DNA from: a virus
Length of the DNA: 64,000 nucleotides
Reading direction: 5' to 3' (one strand)
IMG/VR virus record: IMGVR_UViG_3300049215_000686
Coordinates: 1-64,000 of that record
Made by a program: the position numbers and the translations under genes
In this document: in pieces, positions 48,236-58,907 of the stretch
How the letters are laid out: each line of letters starts with the position of its first letter
Numbering within the stretch: position 1 is the stretch's first letter
The notes under the pieces: model-generated
The model's database searches: none
Told to the model about the DNA's origin: nothing
The model's input: only the letters and a program-made list of their open reading frames with translations

Positions 48236-48700
48236 TCAGGCCGAACCGGTCTGAAGAAGAATATGGGCAGATGATTGCTGGGCAGGCCGGTTTAGTAAGG
48301 AATCGTAAGGGTGGAAGTCATGAATCTGATACCGGATATCGGGAAGCATATCGGTAAACATATGCTCATCCGGAAACAAATGAGCCCTTTTTTGAGGATT
48401 TCCAAAAGCACAAGAATGGAACCTTTGATCTGGATTCCAGCCTTCTTTTTGATCCAATCCCCGATGGGTATTATCAAAGGCGCCCGAAAAGTCCCCAGAC
48501 ATCACGATCTTCATCAATTCAGTAATATGTTTCCAGAATAGTTCCTGATGAAAATGACTCGCAATCAGGTCATCTGATTCGGACCGGAAAAAATGATGAC
48601 TTGCGGCTAAAAAATGAGCGTCAATCAGCGCTAGTTTTTCTCGCGACAACTTGATGCTGTAAAAGCCATCAATGATCGATGAATATCTCAAAAATGACAC
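48236..48700 (-). CDS. Hypothetical protein
   Basis: RBS AGGAG upstream; ORF. Confidence 0.5.
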   Translation of the reverse strand: MSFLRYSSIIDGFYSIKLSREKLALIDAHFLAASHHFFRSESDDLIASHFHQELFWKHITELMKIVMSGDFSGAFDNTHRGLDQKEGWNPDQRFHSCAFGNPQKRAHLFPDEHMFTDMLPDIRYQIHDFHPYDSLLNRPAQQSSAHILLQTGSA

Positions 48701-48815
48701 CAGGCATTACTCCTGGCTCTAGTTTAAGTCTTTCCTGATTCTTTTTCAAGCGGCGGTTATTGTCAAAACTGACACACCCTGGATTGATAGAGATTTTCCG
48801 AGAAATCAATCAAAT

Positions 48816-49637
48816 TTATGGACCAAAACTTCCATCCCGAGGTTCAGGCCGATCGGGCTCGCCCACTGAATCACTCGAATCAAATGGGATAAAATCTTTT
48901 CGACAAACCGCTAATTGAGGGAACCTTGCCGCAACATTATTTTCCCCAGGCGCACTTTGGGTTTGCGCCATCCGTAAATGATGGGGAAGATTTAAGACCG
49001 TATAAACCGGGCGCGTATAATAGTTCACCGAATAAATCGCTCCTCGATCTAAAACAGGATCCCATTCGGGCCGATCCGCAACCCATTCAATTCGACCATT
49101 TTTTACAACGAAATCCACACCCGGACGATATCTTTTCCCGGTATTATCGATCAAAAAATCAACGGTTACTGCCGGGAACTGAAGGCGATCAATCCCAGAT
49201 TGGGAATGCTCCACTCGCTGGTAATATCGAACCAAAGGAGCATCCGGCAAAATAATCTGATCGAAGTATTGAACATCCATAATCTCGCCTGATTGATTAT
49301 AAACGGGCACGATAATCTGGACCTGATCGAGATCCCATGTACCATTCATATTGAACTTGCGATCAATTTGGTTTCCCATAAAAGCGCCGATAAATTCGGT
49401 GGGATGATAATAGATAAACCCATTGAAACATTCATTACAGGCAGGTTGATGATCCGGCTGATAAAGATCATGGACAAACGGACAAGGAACCGGACGAGAA
49501 TGAATCATCCGAATGCCTTGCGCTTTTATGAATTGTTCAAAAATGGCAGGATTCAGCGTCGTTTCCAGAAGCGGCGTTTGCATCTGGATTTTAGTGATCC
49601 CCGGCAAAGAAATCTTAGGAATTTTTGGCTGGGTCAT
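48816..49637 (-). CDS. Head closure/neck protein
   Basis: PCP..ACNECFNGF, FDQI, YSVNY..PVY; family typical of SPO1/Twort-like myophages. Confidence 0.65.
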   Translation of the reverse strand: MTQPKIPKISLPGITKIQMQTPLLETTLNPAIFEQFIKAQGIRMIHSRPVPCPFVHDLYQPDHQPACNECFNGFIYYHPTEFIGAFMGNQIDRKFNMNGTWDLDQVQIIVPVYNQSGEIMDVQYFDQIILPDAPLVRYYQRVEHSQSGIDRLQFPAVTVDFLIDNTGKRYRPGVDFVVKNGRIEWVADRPEWDPVLDRGAIYSVNYYTRPVYTVLNLPHHLRMAQTQSAPGENNVAARFPQLAVCRKDFIPFDSSDSVGEPDRPEPRDGSFGP

Positions 49638-50664
49638 CTCCGTTGCCTTCCGATTTCATAAACGCTTTCCGAATATTAAAAAGCGTAACCATGGCTTTTT
49701 CAACTTTACTGGCCGGCTTCGTAAGTTTTACCTGATGCGGCTCAACATAAATTGTATGCGCGGCAGACGGCCCGAGTTGAACACCGATTTTCCCTGGCAT
49801 ATTCGGATCATGGCCGGTAACCACGCCCTTTTTTCCATGAGAAGGATGGCCGATAGAATGAATTCTAACGAATGCCCCTTTTCGATGTTCCGGCTTCAGT
49901 TCTTTAAATGCATGAGCCTGGGCGCGAGCGGCATATCCAGGAGGCAAAGGAATTCTTTGAGCATGAACCAATTCCCCGGTTTCTTTATGAACGGGGTATG
50001 CGTATCTTAAATGATTTCCTTGCGGGAACTTTTGCTGAACTTGAGTTTGCTGATCTTCACTCAGTTCATGCATCATTTTATAATTGTGCTTAGGATCGCC
50101 CTTAATCGGGCTGAGTCCCCATTTAGGCTGGACCACCCCATGTTGCATGTATTCTTTTCTGGCCGGACTTGCATCGATAAAAGGGTTTACAAATCCTTTT
50201 TGAAGATCAAGATCCTTTTTTTCGGATTTAGCAGATTTGTCCGTATAACCGCACTGACAAGCACCCTCTTTTTCGATTTCACAGTCTTTGCAATCGCAGC
50301 CTTTTTTTATGTCTCTGCCGCAACCGCAAGGACATTTCATCAATACATCGGTTTTTCTCATTTTAAAAACGGTGTGTTTGGCCTTTTCGACCAATTCCCT
50401 GGATTTTTCCGATTGTTTTCGCTGAGCAATCACCCAGACCCGTTTAATGTGTTCAGAAAGCGCTTTTAAATAATCATCGGCTTGGCGATGCATTCCCATG
50501 GCGCGCATCTTTCTTGCCGTCAATTCAGCAAACATCTTGGCCTGCCGGGTATGCATCTTCACTTGCTCTTGCTCGTTTTTAACAGCAGCATCCGTCGCTT
50601 GAATAATACATTCAATGGCTTGCTCATGAAGAGATTTTGCGGCTGGAGAAAGTGGGCTTGCCAT
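49615..50664 (-). CDS. Modular putative head protein with a Cys cluster and C-terminal SH3/KOW-like domain
   Basis: VEKA, LQKG, FMKS motifs; GAFVRI..HGKKGVV. Confidence 0.5.
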   Translation of the reverse strand: MASPLSPAAKSLHEQAIECIIQATDAAVKNEQEQVKMHTRQAKMFAELTARKMRAMGMHRQADDYLKALSEHIKRVWVIAQRKQSEKSRELVEKAKHTVFKMRKTDVLMKCPCGCGRDIKKGCDCKDCEIEKEGACQCGYTDKSAKSEKKDLDLQKGFVNPFIDASPARKEYMQHGVVQPKWGLSPIKGDPKHNYKMMHELSEDQQTQVQQKFPQGNHLRYAYPVHKETGELVHAQRIPLPPGYAARAQAHAFKELKPEHRKGAFVRIHSIGHPSHGKKGVVTGHDPNMPGKIGVQLGPSAAHTIYVEPHQVKLTKPASKVEKAMVTLFNIRKAFMKSEGNGDDPAKNS

Positions 50665-51120
50665 TTAAAAACTCGGAGCGCTATTCGGCGCAGGTAAAGG
50701 ATCGATTTCTGATCGAGTGAGAACAAGAGCCATCGATAACACCGTGATATAGGTATTGGAGCCATCGGTAACGGTGACTCGCATATTGCTTGACATCATA
50801 TTTGAGGTATCTACAGTCGTAAGCGGTAAATACCAAATTGAGCGATCATCATCCGGAAAAAGCATCGAAGCATTTCGGCGAACCGAGAAATCTTGCTGGA
50901 CTCTTTGATTGCCAGAACTTCCAAAAACATCAGGGAATCTCGCGATTTCAACAAAAACTGTCGCCGATGCACCCGGCAAAAATCTGATCCCCTTTTGATC
51001 TTGATCCACCAACTGGAAAACAAGATTCAGGCTTTCACCTTGATTGATTTTTTGATTTTTAATTACCGATATTGAGTTAACCGTCGCGGTATTATTGAGA
51101 AGTTGAATGCCTAATTTCAT
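50665..51120 (-). CDS. Structural protein (beta-rich, BppU/Ig-like)
   Basis: INQGESL..FQLVD pattern; context. Confidence 0.45.
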   Translation of the reverse strand: MKLGIQLLNNTATVNSISVIKNQKINQGESLNLVFQLVDQDQKGIRFLPGASATVFVEIARFPDVFGSSGNQRVQQDFSVRRNASMLFPDDDRSIWYLPLTTVDTSNMMSSNMRVTVTDGSNTYITVLSMALVLTRSEIDPLPAPNSAPSF

Positions 51121-51129
51121 GTGATTTCC

Positions 51130-51993
51130 TTACCAAGCAGCAAAAAAGATATCGCTTCCATAATGAGTCTTTAAAAGATCGACCAATCGATCTCGTTCGG
51201 TCTGTAGTTCCTGAAGCCTCAGTTGAAGCCAAGTTGGGCCTGCGGTCGAAACCGACTGTCCCATTCCATCAATACTCACGTTTTGGCTGACAACCGGAAA
51301 AAGAGCAGGAGCCATCATCGATAAAAACTTAATCGCAGCCATATGTCCGACGCAATCATTGACCAAATCCGGGATCATATCGTAATCCATGCCGGCAAGA
51401 TAAGTCACACGCCACAAATTCGGCCATGCCTTAAGACCACCCAAGACAACGGCCCGATAAGCCGAAGATGACAAAAAATTGGCATCCGCGTTCACAAGCG
51501 TTCCGGAATTTGGAATAATTCGAATCAGTCCTTGATCTCCCTGAAGACTCACCCAAGAAGTCGGATAATCGATTTCCTGAGTCGGTCCATCAGGAGCCAA
51601 AGATTCATTTCTACCTGGCCAGAGGGCTTTTAAATTTTCAACCTTAAGCACCGGCCAACGAGTCAGCCTACGAGTCCCAAAAGCGATATCATCGGCTCTT
51701 TCGAAATCAAAACGATCCGTAATTCTTACCGGATTCAGCGGAACCCTGACTGCGGCCTCAAAATCGCCTACCCCTTTTCGAATGAATTGCTTTAAGGTTT
51801 CATCATCGACTTCTTCACCAGTTAAAGCGGCTTTCAGTGGGATACCAAAAAGATACTCTTTTTTTAGGCGTTCAGAATCAATGAGTGGCCCATATCGATC
51901 AAATCCAGGCTCGCCTGGACCTTGATTAAAAACAGTTCCGGCGCCCTGCGTTACCGGATTATCATTTCCTGGTGGGATAGTGATCGTACTCAT
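51130..51993 (-). CDS. Head-tail adaptor protein
   Basis: YLFGIPL, WPVLKV, VTYLAG..IPD, SIDGMGQS. Confidence 0.7.
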   Translation of the reverse strand: MSTITIPPGNDNPVTQGAGTVFNQGPGEPGFDRYGPLIDSERLKKEYLFGIPLKAALTGEEVDDETLKQFIRKGVGDFEAAVRVPLNPVRITDRFDFERADDIAFGTRRLTRWPVLKVENLKALWPGRNESLAPDGPTQEIDYPTSWVSLQGDQGLIRIIPNSGTLVNADANFLSSSAYRAVVLGGLKAWPNLWRVTYLAGMDYDMIPDLVNDCVGHMAAIKFLSMMAPALFPVVSQNVSIDGMGQSVSTAGPTWLQLRLQELQTERDRLVDLLKTHYGSDIFFAAW

Positions 51994-52017
51994 GCCCTTT
52001 ATTGTAGGGCCGGATCA

Positions 52018-52842
52018 TTAAATGGGATTATCCCAAAGCGAAGGAGTTTTGGGTCTCGGCGGGATATAGATACGTTTTTTAGGAACAATCGGAGTTACGC
52101 CCTCAGGCCAAACCTCGATAGGAGTTCTTGATTTGACTTCAGTGCAAACCAAAGGAGCCTTATCGCTACAGCCGCAACCTGCATCTAAAAACAAATAATG
52201 CTGATAATAACGAGGAGTAAAAAGCCCCGCTTGCAATCGATGGATATGCCCACAAACTCCCACCAACTTATTGCCGTCTTTATCTTTATGATGCCGAGAC
52301 TTGCCTCGCTCATCTTGAATGTAGGTCCAAACCAGTTCACAAGGCTCTAATGGCCGATTTCTTAAATGAGGAGCGCGATCTTTATCTTTGGGGCAAGGAG
52401 CATGGCTAAAAAAGAATCCTTGCTCTTCATGAAATAGCCGTAAAGAGTCCATCCAATCTAGGTAATCATCCGGAATGGGGTTTTGTTTGCCAGGATTGGG
52501 GTCTTGCTCGCCTACAGAAAAACTGGCAAGCGTCTTATGCCCACCATTAGCAGGATGTGTCCAAAGCGAAAAATCATACCACCTTCCACGACGCAATGCG
52601 TTTAAACACAAAACTTCATGGTTTCCCTTAAGAACCACAACGGCGTGAGGATAGTCTCTTTCAAGAGCGCGAATCGTATCTAAAACGCCTTTAGAATCCG
52701 AGCCTCGGTCAATCATATCGCCCATAAAAATGAGTCGATCGGTCGCAAAATCAAGCAAATGCTCGTCTTTTAATTTCTTAAGGAGAGGCTGAAAAAGATC
52801 ATTTCGGCCATGGATATCGGGAATTGCGAAGATACGGAACAT
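52018..52842 (-). CDS. PPP-family Ser/Thr metallophosphatase
   Basis: DIHG, GDMIDRG, GNHE, HA, GH. Confidence 0.88.
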   Translation of the reverse strand: MFRIFAIPDIHGRNDLFQPLLKKLKDEHLLDFATDRLIFMGDMIDRGSDSKGVLDTIRALERDYPHAVVVLKGNHEVLCLNALRRGRWYDFSLWTHPANGGHKTLASFSVGEQDPNPGKQNPIPDDYLDWMDSLRLFHEEQGFFFSHAPCPKDKDRAPHLRNRPLEPCELVWTYIQDERGKSRHHKDKDGNKLVGVCGHIHRLQAGLFTPRYYQHYLFLDAGCGCSDKAPLVCTEVKSRTPIEVWPEGVTPIVPKKRIYIPPRPKTPSLWDNPI

Positions 52843-52870
52843 ATTCCCATTATACCGATGATTCGATCTT

Positions 52871-53227
52871 TTAAACAAGATCTGCGTTGTAAGCAAAAAT
52901 CCCGGCGGCGCTCCCTCGAACCCAAGCCTTGGCTCCGCTATTCAATACAAACTTCTCACCCGCAGCAATCGGGATTCCGTCAGTAGCGCCTGTTGGTGCG
53001 CTCATCGATTGGTCACCAAATGCGACAAAAAGAACACCGCCGGTAGAATTATAGAGCATGACCGGAGTATTTTCACCCACTCGAACCGCATTTGTAAGAT
53101 CTCCCTTGGGAGTCCAGTCCAAACCAGCCTGAGCCACCCGAATTACCGCAGATAAATCGGCAAAAATAGCCTGAAGAATGGTTCCAATATTGGTTATATT
53201 TTTAACGGGTTTTGTTCCAACGCTCAT
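52871..53227 (-). CDS. Small structural protein
   Basis: Start MSVGTK after RBS GGAG; YN....LFVAFG..DGIPI pattern. Confidence 0.55.
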   Translation of the reverse strand: MSVGTKPVKNITNIGTILQAIFADLSAVIRVAQAGLDWTPKGDLTNAVRVGENTPVMLYNSTGGVLFVAFGDQSMSAPTGATDGIPIAAGEKFVLNSGAKAWVRGSAAGIFAYNADLV

Positions 53228-53237
53228 ATGCTCTCCA

Positions 53238-54071
53238 TTATGTGCTGAGTTCTTCAGATGTAAGGGGGCCTGAAATCGCAGTTTTAAGCCCCGCGTCAAA
53301 TGCCAAATTGATCTTTTTGGAATCAAACTCGATTGTCCCCATCCATTCACGATCCGGCGCGTAAACTTGGATATCCAAATTCCGATATCGGGGATCTTGA
53401 TTGAGTTCCAGGGCCAATTGGACATCTGTCCGGAAAACTTGATGTTCCAAAAGATCAATTCCTCTAAGACCGATCTCAATAAACGAGAAAAAACCACTTG
53501 GCATCGTCCAGCCGGTCGGATCAGCCGTCCAAGGATTGCAAAGCACAACAATCAACCTCTCCGCACCATCATCAATCGCTTTTTTGAGTGGCGTTTGTTG
53601 TCTTGTCCCCCCATCGATATACGTTCCAATGGGCTCCATGATTGCCGGGATTGCAGAACTTGCCAAAACGAATTCAATCAAAGTTTCTCTTGGCATAATA
53701 CCGCTGTCGCCATAGAGAACTGAGCCATTAATTAAATCCGCGTAACACGGATGAACCGTAAGCCAGGAACTCATCCCTAATTTTTCTTTGAGATTCTTCC
53801 TAAGAGGGTTCAAATTGTAAATCCCATTTGATCTCAGTAAAAGGGTAGACAAATTGAAATCTAAAATGTCGGATTGCTTGATTGTTCGCCAAACAGGCTC
53901 TATTTTTTCAGGAGCAAATCCCAATAATGCTGCATTAATAGCCCCAACTGAAGTTCCATACACCGCAATGGCCTCTTTTAAAGCACCCTCATCATAAAGC
54001 GCCTTAAGAACGCCCGCCTGAAACGAGCCTTTCACTCCACCCCCAGAAAGGACAATGGATGTCTTACTCAT
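53238..54071 (-). CDS. Patatin-like phospholipase
   Basis: SGGGVKG, GTSVG, ASSAIP, DGG. Confidence 0.88.
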   Translation of the reverse strand: MSKTSIVLSGGGVKGSFQAGVLKALYDEGALKEAIAVYGTSVGAINAALLGFAPEKIEPVWRTIKQSDILDFNLSTLLLRSNGIYNLNPLRKNLKEKLGMSSWLTVHPCYADLINGSVLYGDSGIMPRETLIEFVLASSAIPAIMEPIGTYIDGGTRQQTPLKKAIDDGAERLIVVLCNPWTADPTGWTMPSGFFSFIEIGLRGIDLLEHQVFRTDVQLALELNQDPRYRNLDIQVYAPDREWMGTIEFDSKKINLAFDAGLKTAISGPLTSEELST

Positions 54072-54636
54072 TATTCCCTACATAAGAGATGAAATTGACG
54101 ATCACATTAGGACTCACACTTTGAGAAACGGAAGTATATGTCACTCGAACAAAAACTCCTGCCGGAAGACTTTGACTGATAGAAACGTCAGTCACTTCGT
54201 TTGGGATGTCTGGCATGACATACCATTGAGTGACATATTGCCCGAGCACCGTCGGCTGGTCTGGCGTTCCTCCAAATTTTAAAACATTATTTTTATCAAT
54301 CACTTGGACGTTAATGTAATCTCCTATCGAAGCATTAGGAGAAAACAAAACACCACCCCTTAAAACCATGATCCGATCGAGTTCTAAATCGAAACTTGCG
54401 GTGGTTCCGAATGGAACAGCAAAAGACATCCCCCGAGGAGATAGACTCCACTGATCAGACCCTAAAACTTGAACCACTTTTTGGGGCTCGCCGATCTGAA
54501 CCATCACCGTCGAATTCAAATCAACTTGATGAGAAGTGTCCGTAGGACAAGTCGTCGGACGGTTAGTATTATCCGGCAAAAACCAGAATTTATCCAAATT
54601 CTCTGTAAAACAATGAATTCTGTATTTAAAAATCAT
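54064..54636 (-). CDS. Hypothetical (fibre-associated) protein
   Basis: Follows the tail fibre gene. Confidence 0.5.
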   Translation of the reverse strand: MIFKYRIHCFTENLDKFWFLPDNTNRPTTCPTDTSHQVDLNSTVMVQIGEPQKVVQVLGSDQWSLSPRGMSFAVPFGTTASFDLELDRIMVLRGGVLFSPNASIGDYINVQVIDKNNVLKFGGTPDQPTVLGQYVTQWYVMPDIPNEVTDVSISQSLPAGVFVRVTYTSVSQSVSPNVIVNFISYVGNNE

Positions 54637-54651
54637 AACTACCCTCTTTAC

Positions 54652-57600
54652 CTATGAGCCGACTCGGATTGCCATCAAACTTCTTCCAACAATAGTAGAA
54701 GTTCCCGTACTCGTGTTCCATTGAGCCGTAATGACATTTGATCCGTTAACCGTAATAACCGCAGTGGATCGACAACCCAAATTTAGGTTATTTTGAGTTT
54801 TAAAGATCCTAATTGAATCAGAAATCTGGCTGGCATCAGAATAAATACTAAATGTAGTTAGTGCGTTATTCACAGAATTTGAAAAAACGCCCTCAAAAAA
54901 GACCACATAAGTTCCAGCAACAGGAGTCACGGTCATTGAAGCAATGGCAGAATTAGATGCAGATGATGTCGTTGCTGAACTCGTGGATGCGGCCTTATTG
55001 TTCGATATCACCGTATTGTGAACATGATCCGATCGTGCAAACGATGCAGCCGATCCTTGATCATTGGCTATCCCCGTGTCATTAACCGTCGCCGTCGGCA
55101 CATTGTGAACGTGTCCAGCATCCGCGTATTTATTGGTTGATCCTGCGGAAGCCGAAAGATCTGGAGTCAAATTATGGATATCGGAAGATGATCCAAACAT
55201 CAAATTGACATTTAAGAGGGTTCTATTATCAGAAAGAGCCGTAATCGCAGCACCATTGCTAGAAAAAATCGCTAATGGAACGGCGTTCGGAGGTGTGCTC
55301 GTTGATGTGGTTGATTTAATTACCCCATCTACGTCAACATAAATCCTTCCGTTTGTCGCACCGGTTACGACCGTAATCGATCCAGCCGAGATGCTAATAG
55401 TCGTTCCATTAATTCTTGCTTTTCCAGCGGTGTAATTGGCAACTAATCCTGCACCCTGGCTGACCAGCAATTCATTGGGACCAATTGTCGTATCGACAGT
55501 AAAATTTCCCGATCCATCATCGGTAACGGTAGTGCCTTTCCCTGGATCAATCGATAAGTCTCCAAACCGCTGAGTTCCGCCCGTTCCAGCCTTTAATGAG
55601 TGAACACCTTTATGAACATGATCGGATTTAGCGAGGGTCGTCGCTACACCTTGTGAATTTGCTGAGCCAATATCGGTAGGCGCTGCGGTTGGAATATTGT
55701 GAACATGATCCGCTCTTGCAAAATTGGCACTGGTTCCTGCGTTATTGGATTGGTCAGCGTTTTGGGTAGAAACAACACCCGATGAAATCGCGTGAGTATG
55801 ATCTGACCGAGCAAAAGAGGCTGCCGAACCTTGTGTATTCGTAGAATTTGCATTAAGGCCACCCGCTGCCGCTGTAGGGATGTTATGGACATGATCGGCT
55901 CTTGCGAAATTTATCGAAGATCCATCCGCATTCAGTTGATCCGGGGTTTGAGTCGCCGCCGCCGCAGTCGAAAATGTGTGGAGATGATCAGAGCGAGAAA
56001 AAGATGCCGCAACCCCATCTGATGAAGAAGCAGCGATGGTCTGATTTGCCGGGACTGCGGTAGGGACATTGTGGATATGGTCTTGTTGAGCAAAGGCGGC
56101 AGCCGAGCCTTGACTATTTCCGGCATTCGGAGTCAAAGCACTCGGAGCCCCAGTAGGAATATTGTGAACATGATCGGCTTTAGCGAAATTAATGCTCGCT
56201 CCCGCCGCGTTTGTTTGATTGGGAGTCTGAGTCGAAGGGACACCTGAAGCGATAGCATGAGTGTGGTCAGCCCGAGCAAACGAAGTCGAGGCTCCTTGCG
56301 TATTTGTGCTTGCTGAATTCAGCCCCACAGCAGCCGCCGTAGGCACGTTATGAATGTGGTCAGCCCGAGCCAAACTGGTTGAAGTTCCTGGAGCATTTGC
56401 TTGATCTGGATTTAATGTAACCGCTGCCGCTGTCGGAATTTCATCGGCTCCTCCGGGCTGATGCCTAGCGTGATGATTTTCAACGACAACGCCATTCGCT
56501 GTTCCTAGATTGGTAATATTGTGGGTACCGAGATTAAAATCTCCCGTTGCCACATGAGTTCCGTCATTTCTCCAATATTGCGGATGATCGTCACCGACCG
56601 TCAATCCAAGAAGATTCCGATGAAATGAAGCCGCCGATACCGAACTTGGAGCCGATCCTACTCGTGGTCGCTCATCGCGAATTTCGATGATATTGGTCAT
56701 TCCCTGTTGAACGATCAAGGAAGCGATAGGGACTACACCGTCAAGAAAGTAAGGAGGAGGCGTGGGTCTTGGGCCTTGCTCAGCCAGAGTTAAGGCAGTG
56801 TATTGGACTTGAGAATAAACCAACAAATATTTTTCATTAATTCCTTCGCCGACCAAATAGAGGACATGCTTTGCAAAATTGCCGGCGCCAATGGGAGCAA
56901 GAGTTCCTGTCCCATTATCAAAAAAAGCATTATCTACAACATTTTGTGAAACTTGAGAAAAACCGCCAGTTCCATTTTGATAATAAGCGGTCCATGAAAC
57001 CGCAGTAGCACCAGACGGCATAAACCGATTGGTCGCAAGATAATAAGTACCGGGAGTAACGTCTAACTGCCTTGTACCGTTTTCAGTAACAATAGATCCG
57101 GAAGAAAAAACACCCCCAATTGCGTTTCTGAATAAATCGTCATATCGATTTGAAGAATGTTCCGCATCTATACCGGAACTATCAATGAATTCTATCCCAG
57201 TCGAATTGGTTACAACCCGGCCCAAAAGAATAACAAGATGAGTGTCCGGGAAGGTCGAAGTAGTCGTTAATGCCCCGGTATTATCAAAAATAAGATAAAG
57301 AGCCTGATTGGGAGGAAGCGTAATTGAAATATCCCCCCAAAAGAATTGTCTGAAAATCTCGGGCTCAATCTCTAAATATCCAAATCCTGCCGAAATATTA
57401 ACGGTGAATCCTGACCCCGAAGTCAGTTCTCCTCCGTCCATCACGCCCATGGTGGCAGATTCCGTCCCTAATAGGGTGATATCAATGACATCTGCAATGT
57501 TTTTGGCGTAAAGAACTCTTCCGGTAATTACAATATCTCCGGTCTGTTCATCCAAAAACGCCATTTTTACATCGGTGGCAGAAGAGATCACCGAGATTTT

Positions 57601-58704
57601 GCTTCGGTTGGCGACTCCCTCAAAAGAAACAAAAGCATTAGGGTTATCAATCAAAACATCCCAGTTAATGGAACTTTCGATATGAACCGCGTCACAATCC
57701 AGTTCAGTTCCCGCAGCCGTTCCATCCATATGAATTCCTGTTCCGAATCCACGAATGAAAACGCTCAAAACTCGGCAGTGAGCCCCGTCACTGACCCTGA
57801 TACATTCGATCGAGTTTGCCGCCTCTACACGAAATTGCCCAGAATTTAATAAAATCTCAGAATTGGGACCAGTCGCCCAAAACAAATAATCTGGATAAGG
57901 CGCCTGAAGGGCTGTCGTCGTGCCAGAACGCATGACGATAGACGCTCGGAAAGTATTAGTGTTTCTAGCCAAAAAACCGTGATTAAATGAATAAACAGAT
58001 CCAAACCGACAATCAAACAAGAAAAGATTCGAGTTTCCTAAGAGGCCATCAGCGATAGCCAGCGTATCATTGCTTCCAAATCGAATTTGCTCAACCCAAA
58101 ACGCGGCCTGTGTACTTGCAAATGTGCTTTGATAAAAAATAGCAGCAAAAGAAGGTCCGGTAGCGCCTTCCAAAAGGCACTTACTGATCCCAGAGAAATC
58201 AGCCCCAGTAATCAAATGAGCATTCGGGTTAGCCGCCTGAATAATCGTCTGCTCCGGACCAGAACCCTCAACCCAAACATAGGATTTCATTTGAATGGGT
58301 TGTTCAACAAAAACTCCCGGACCCACTGAAATCAAATAAGGATTGGAAGGAGAGTTTCCTGTAATGCTCACCAAAGCATCGTTAATGGTCGCAAAATCTT
58401 GTGAATTTAAAACGGGGTTCTTAACGACCCTCAGAACCTTAGCGACCGGCGCTTGACCATTTCCAACAACCGTCCATTGACCAGAAGAATATTGCTCAAG
58501 GCGTCCGTCGTCCAGATTGTAAACCAAAAGCCCTTCGCTTGGAGTTGAGATCGCATCTCTTTGCGCGGTCGTCATTCTGGGGGCTAAAAACCCTTGCGAA
58601 GTGCTTTGAAGATTAAAAATTGCGGAAGGATCGTTAGAAGAACCGCCGATTCCAACGCCAGGCTTTGTATTGGGAGAAATTTCGTTGACAGTAATTTTAC
58701 TCAT
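54652..58704 (-). CDS. Tail fibre / receptor-binding protein
   Basis: GFLAPRMTTAQRDAI..GLLVYN module, pectin-lyase-like beta-helix start (TINDAL..VGPGVF), DDHPQY, HxH repeats. Confidence 0.8.
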   Translation of the reverse strand: MSKITVNEISPNTKPGVGIGGSSNDPSAIFNLQSTSQGFLAPRMTTAQRDAISTPSEGLLVYNLDDGRLEQYSSGQWTVVGNGQAPVAKVLRVVKNPVLNSQDFATINDALVSITGNSPSNPYLISVGPGVFVEQPIQMKSYVWVEGSGPEQTIIQAANPNAHLITGADFSGISKCLLEGATGPSFAAIFYQSTFASTQAAFWVEQIRFGSNDTLAIADGLLGNSNLFLFDCRFGSVYSFNHGFLARNTNTFRASIVMRSGTTTALQAPYPDYLFWATGPNSEILLNSGQFRVEAANSIECIRVSDGAHCRVLSVFIRGFGTGIHMDGTAAGTELDCDAVHIESSINWDVLIDNPNAFVSFEGVANRSKISVISSATDVKMAFLDEQTGDIVITGRVLYAKNIADVIDITLLGTESATMGVMDGGELTSGSGFTVNISAGFGYLEIEPEIFRQFFWGDISITLPPNQALYLIFDNTGALTTTSTFPDTHLVILLGRVVTNSTGIEFIDSSGIDAEHSSNRYDDLFRNAIGGVFSSGSIVTENGTRQLDVTPGTYYLATNRFMPSGATAVSWTAYYQNGTGGFSQVSQNVVDNAFFDNGTGTLAPIGAGNFAKHVLYLVGEGINEKYLLVYSQVQYTALTLAEQGPRPTPPPYFLDGVVPIASLIVQQGMTNIIEIRDERPRVGSAPSSVSAASFHRNLLGLTVGDDHPQYWRNDGTHVATGDFNLGTHNITNLGTANGVVVENHHARHQPGGADEIPTAAAVTLNPDQANAPGTSTSLARADHIHNVPTAAAVGLNSASTNTQGASTSFARADHTHAIASGVPSTQTPNQTNAAGASINFAKADHVHNIPTGAPSALTPNAGNSQGSAAAFAQQDHIHNVPTAVPANQTIAASSSDGVAASFSRSDHLHTFSTAAAATQTPDQLNADGSSINFARADHVHNIPTAAAGGLNANSTNTQGSAASFARSDHTHAISSGVVSTQNADQSNNAGTSANFARADHVHNIPTAAPTDIGSANSQGVATTLAKSDHVHKGVHSLKAGTGGTQRFGDLSIDPGKGTTVTDDGSGNFTVDTTIGPNELLVSQGAGLVANYTAGKARINGTTISISAGSITVVTGATNGRIYVDVDGVIKSTTSTSTPPNAVPLAIFSSNGAAITALSDNRTLLNVNLMFGSSSDIHNLTPDLSASAGSTNKYADAGHVHNVPTATVNDTGIANDQGSAASFARSDHVHNTVISNNKAASTSSATTSSASNSAIASMTVTPVAGTYVVFFEGVFSNSVNNALTTFSIYSDASQISDSIRIFKTQNNLNLGCRSTAVITVNGSNVITAQWNTSTGTSTIVGRSLMAIRVGS
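55610..56390 (-). repeat. Nine ~31-aa repeats FARADHxH within the fibre
   Basis: Counted in the translation; two more copies near 55020-55120. Confidence 0.85.
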
Positions 58705-58907
58705 AGAACCAGTAACTCCGCGCCTTCTTCAACTGTGATAATCACCCCTAAATCCACTTTCATATCCGGCTGAATTCTCGTAAAACCCGCCTTCACCGTA
58801 ATCGGAAAATTAACTTCATGACGAATCTCGATGCCGCGATCGATTGTCGGCATCAACTGGAACTCACTCGTAAAGGGATTAAAAATCGGTCTAACCTGAT
58901 TACTCAT
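58701..58907 (-). CDS. Small structural protein
   Basis: FNPFT motif; ATGA coupling. Confidence 0.55.
   Translation of the reverse strand: MSNQVRPIFNPFTSEFQLMPTIDRGIEIRHEVNFPITVKAGFTRIQPDMKVDLGVIITVEEGAELLVL

Noticed and set aside
53238-54071. CBASS-like system of patatin (CapV) plus cyclase
   Set aside because: The genes are about 11 kb apart in separate units, and no CD-NTase is present
3730-58329. Numerous 60-190-aa ORFs antisense to or nested in long genes
   Set aside because: Shadow ORFs with no motifs or RBS, overlapping well-supported genes
54652-58704. Diversity-generating retroelement or invertible fibre cassette
   Set aside because: No reverse transcriptase, TR/VR pair or inverted alternative tip seen in the window
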